Source: the human T2T-CHM13v2.0 reference genome, Homo sapiens. Taken from it: a stretch of 64,000 bases of DNA. Location: the NCBI RefSeq assembly GCF_009914755.1, contig NC_060940.1; one strand, given 5' to 3'. Position 1 is the first letter of the stretch, and each line of letters starts with the position of its first letter. Under the pieces are notes generated by a model that was not told the DNA's origin, searched no databases, and saw nothing but the letters and a program-made list of their open reading frames with translations. Position numbers and translations under genes: made by a program. Of the stretch, positions 62,209 to 64,000 are shown one piece after another.

Positions 62209-62941
62209 TGACAATGGATGCTTCCTGGTCCCTACCTCACACTTAATAATAACCTTGCCTTAGCATCACTTCATTTGCCTGTCCACCCCATCTTTTGTGC
62301 TTTTGTTATCATATCTTTTATTTCTATATACATAAGAACATCCACCTTAGAATGTTATTATATTTGTTATAAACTGTCAGTAATCTTTTAAGAAATCCAA
62401 GAAAAAACCCTCCAAATATATATTTTGCATTTCCCTAGGTATTGACCATTTCTAGAGCCCCTCTTTTCTTCTTGCAGACTGGAGTTCCCATCTGGTATCA
62501 TTTCCCTTCAGACTGAAGAAGATCTATTAACATGTTTTGCAGTAATGTAAATCTGCTGACAATGAATGTTCTCAGATTCTTTTATATGAAAATGTCTATT
62601 TCACTCTCAGTTTTAAAGGACATTTTTAGTGGATAAAGAATTTTTAGATGGACTGTTTCCTTTCCTTTCATCGCTTTACAGATAGCTTCCATTATTTCCT
62701 AGGTGAAGCCAGAACTCTAGGATAGCCATTGTTATCGCTGTCCCTCTCGCTGTAATATGTATTTTTCCCCCCTGGCTGCTTTAAGCTTTTCTCTTTATCT
62801 TTGTTTTTTGGCAGTTTGAAAATGAAACGATGCCTGATGTGTACAGGCATAGTTTTCTTTGTATTTCTCCTGCTTGAAGTTTGCCAAGTTTCTTGGATCT
62901 ATAGTTTTTTTTTAAAAACTAATTTTTTAAAAAATATCTTA

Positions 62942-64000
62942 AGGCCTTTAAGAATTATGTTAAATCTACTCTGCCTATGCTCTGGAAATGGAACAACAAA
63001 TCCTGGATGACAGCACATCTGATTTCTAATTACAGGGTGGCTTACTGAATATTTTAAGCCCACTGTTGAGACCTACTGCTCAGAAAATAGATTTCTTTCA
63101 AAATATTACTTCTCTTTAATAATGCACCTGGACACCCAGGAGCTCTGATGGAACTGTACAGGAGATGAATGTTGTTTTCATGCCTGCTAACACAACATCT
63201 ACTCTGCAGCCCACAGATGAAGGAGTCATTTTGACTTTCAAGTCTTGTTATTTAAGAAATACATTTCATAGGGCAATAGTTGCCATAGATAATGATTCTT
63301 CTGATGGGTCTGGGCAAGGTAAACTGAAAACCTTCTGGAAAGGATTTGCCATTCTAGATGCCATTAAGAACATCTGTGATTCACTGGAGAAGGTCAAACC
63401 CTCATGTATGCCTTTGAGGAGTTCAAGACTTCAGTAACTGGAAAAGTAGAGGAAGTAACTGTAGATGTAGCAGAAATAGCAAGAGAACTAGAATTAGAGG
63501 TGGAGCTTGAAGATATGACTGAATTGCTACAATCTCATTATAAAACTTGAATGAATGTTGAGTTGCTTCTTATGGATGAGCAAAGGAAGTGGTTTCTCAA
63601 GATGGGATTTATTCATGGTGAAGATGCCATGAACATTGTTGAAATGACAACAAAGGATTTAGAATATTCACAAACTTAATTGATAAAGCAGCAGCAGGAT
63701 TTGAGCGGACTGACTCCGATTTTGAAAGAAGTTATATTGTGGGTAAAATGCTTTCAAACAGCATCACATGTTACAGAGTAATTTTTCATGAAAGGAAGAG
63801 TTAATTTATATGGCAAATTTCATTGTTGTCTAATTTTAGGAAATTGCCACAGTCACCCCCACCTTCAGTAACCACCACCCTCATCAGTCAGCAGCCATCA
63901 ACATCGAGGCAAGACCCTCCACCAGCATAAAGATTATGACTCACTGAAGGCTCAGATGATCATTAGGATTTTTAAGCAAATAAGTAATTTATAATTCAGG
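62942..64000 (+). mobile_element. Tigger1 transposon fragment (decayed pogo-family transposase)
   Basis: ORF 63165..63437 [24 protein letters not shown] resembles the DDE_1 motif of Tigger1/TIGD transposases; stops and frameshifts on both sides. Confidence 0.88.

Noticed and set aside
63165-63437. Transposase-like ORF as a domesticated TIGD gene
   Set aside because: Short fragment of a decayed Tigger1 with flanking stops and frameshifts

Overview
Human-type (primate) genomic DNA that I recognise as chr16q22. The minus strand carries two protein-coding genes head-to-tail. The first is the 5' part of VAC14, the PIKfyve/FIG4 complex scaffold: a CpG-island promoter at about 42.0-42.5 kb and coding exons 1-12 running from 42072 down to 3712. 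These exons join in frame with canonical splice sites, giving 1371 nt (457 codons), and the gene continues off the left edge. The second is the last three coding exons and 3' UTR of HYDIN (59744 down to the stop at 48752). Four tRNA-Gly(GCC) genes sit inside VAC14 introns as two divergent pairs, sense in intron 9 and antisense in intron 1; each pair has one intact and one degenerate copy. VAC14 intron 8 is a U12-type (minor spliceosome) intron, and a MaLR LTR has inserted with its target-site duplication overlapping the branch point. The rest is mostly Alu, L1, MIR, MaLR/ERV LTRs and DNA transposon fossils. The most notable hypotheses are: inverted tRNA genes bracketing VAC14 exons 2-9 (long-range RNA duplex or back-splicing, Pol III roadblock), the LTR at the U12 branch point, a CLEAR/M-box palindrome plus uORFs at the VAC14 start, and two Alus carrying templated repair scars. 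Repeat subfamily names, gene exon numbers and tRNA symbols are from recognition or memory, not from a database search. Repeat boundaries are approximate.
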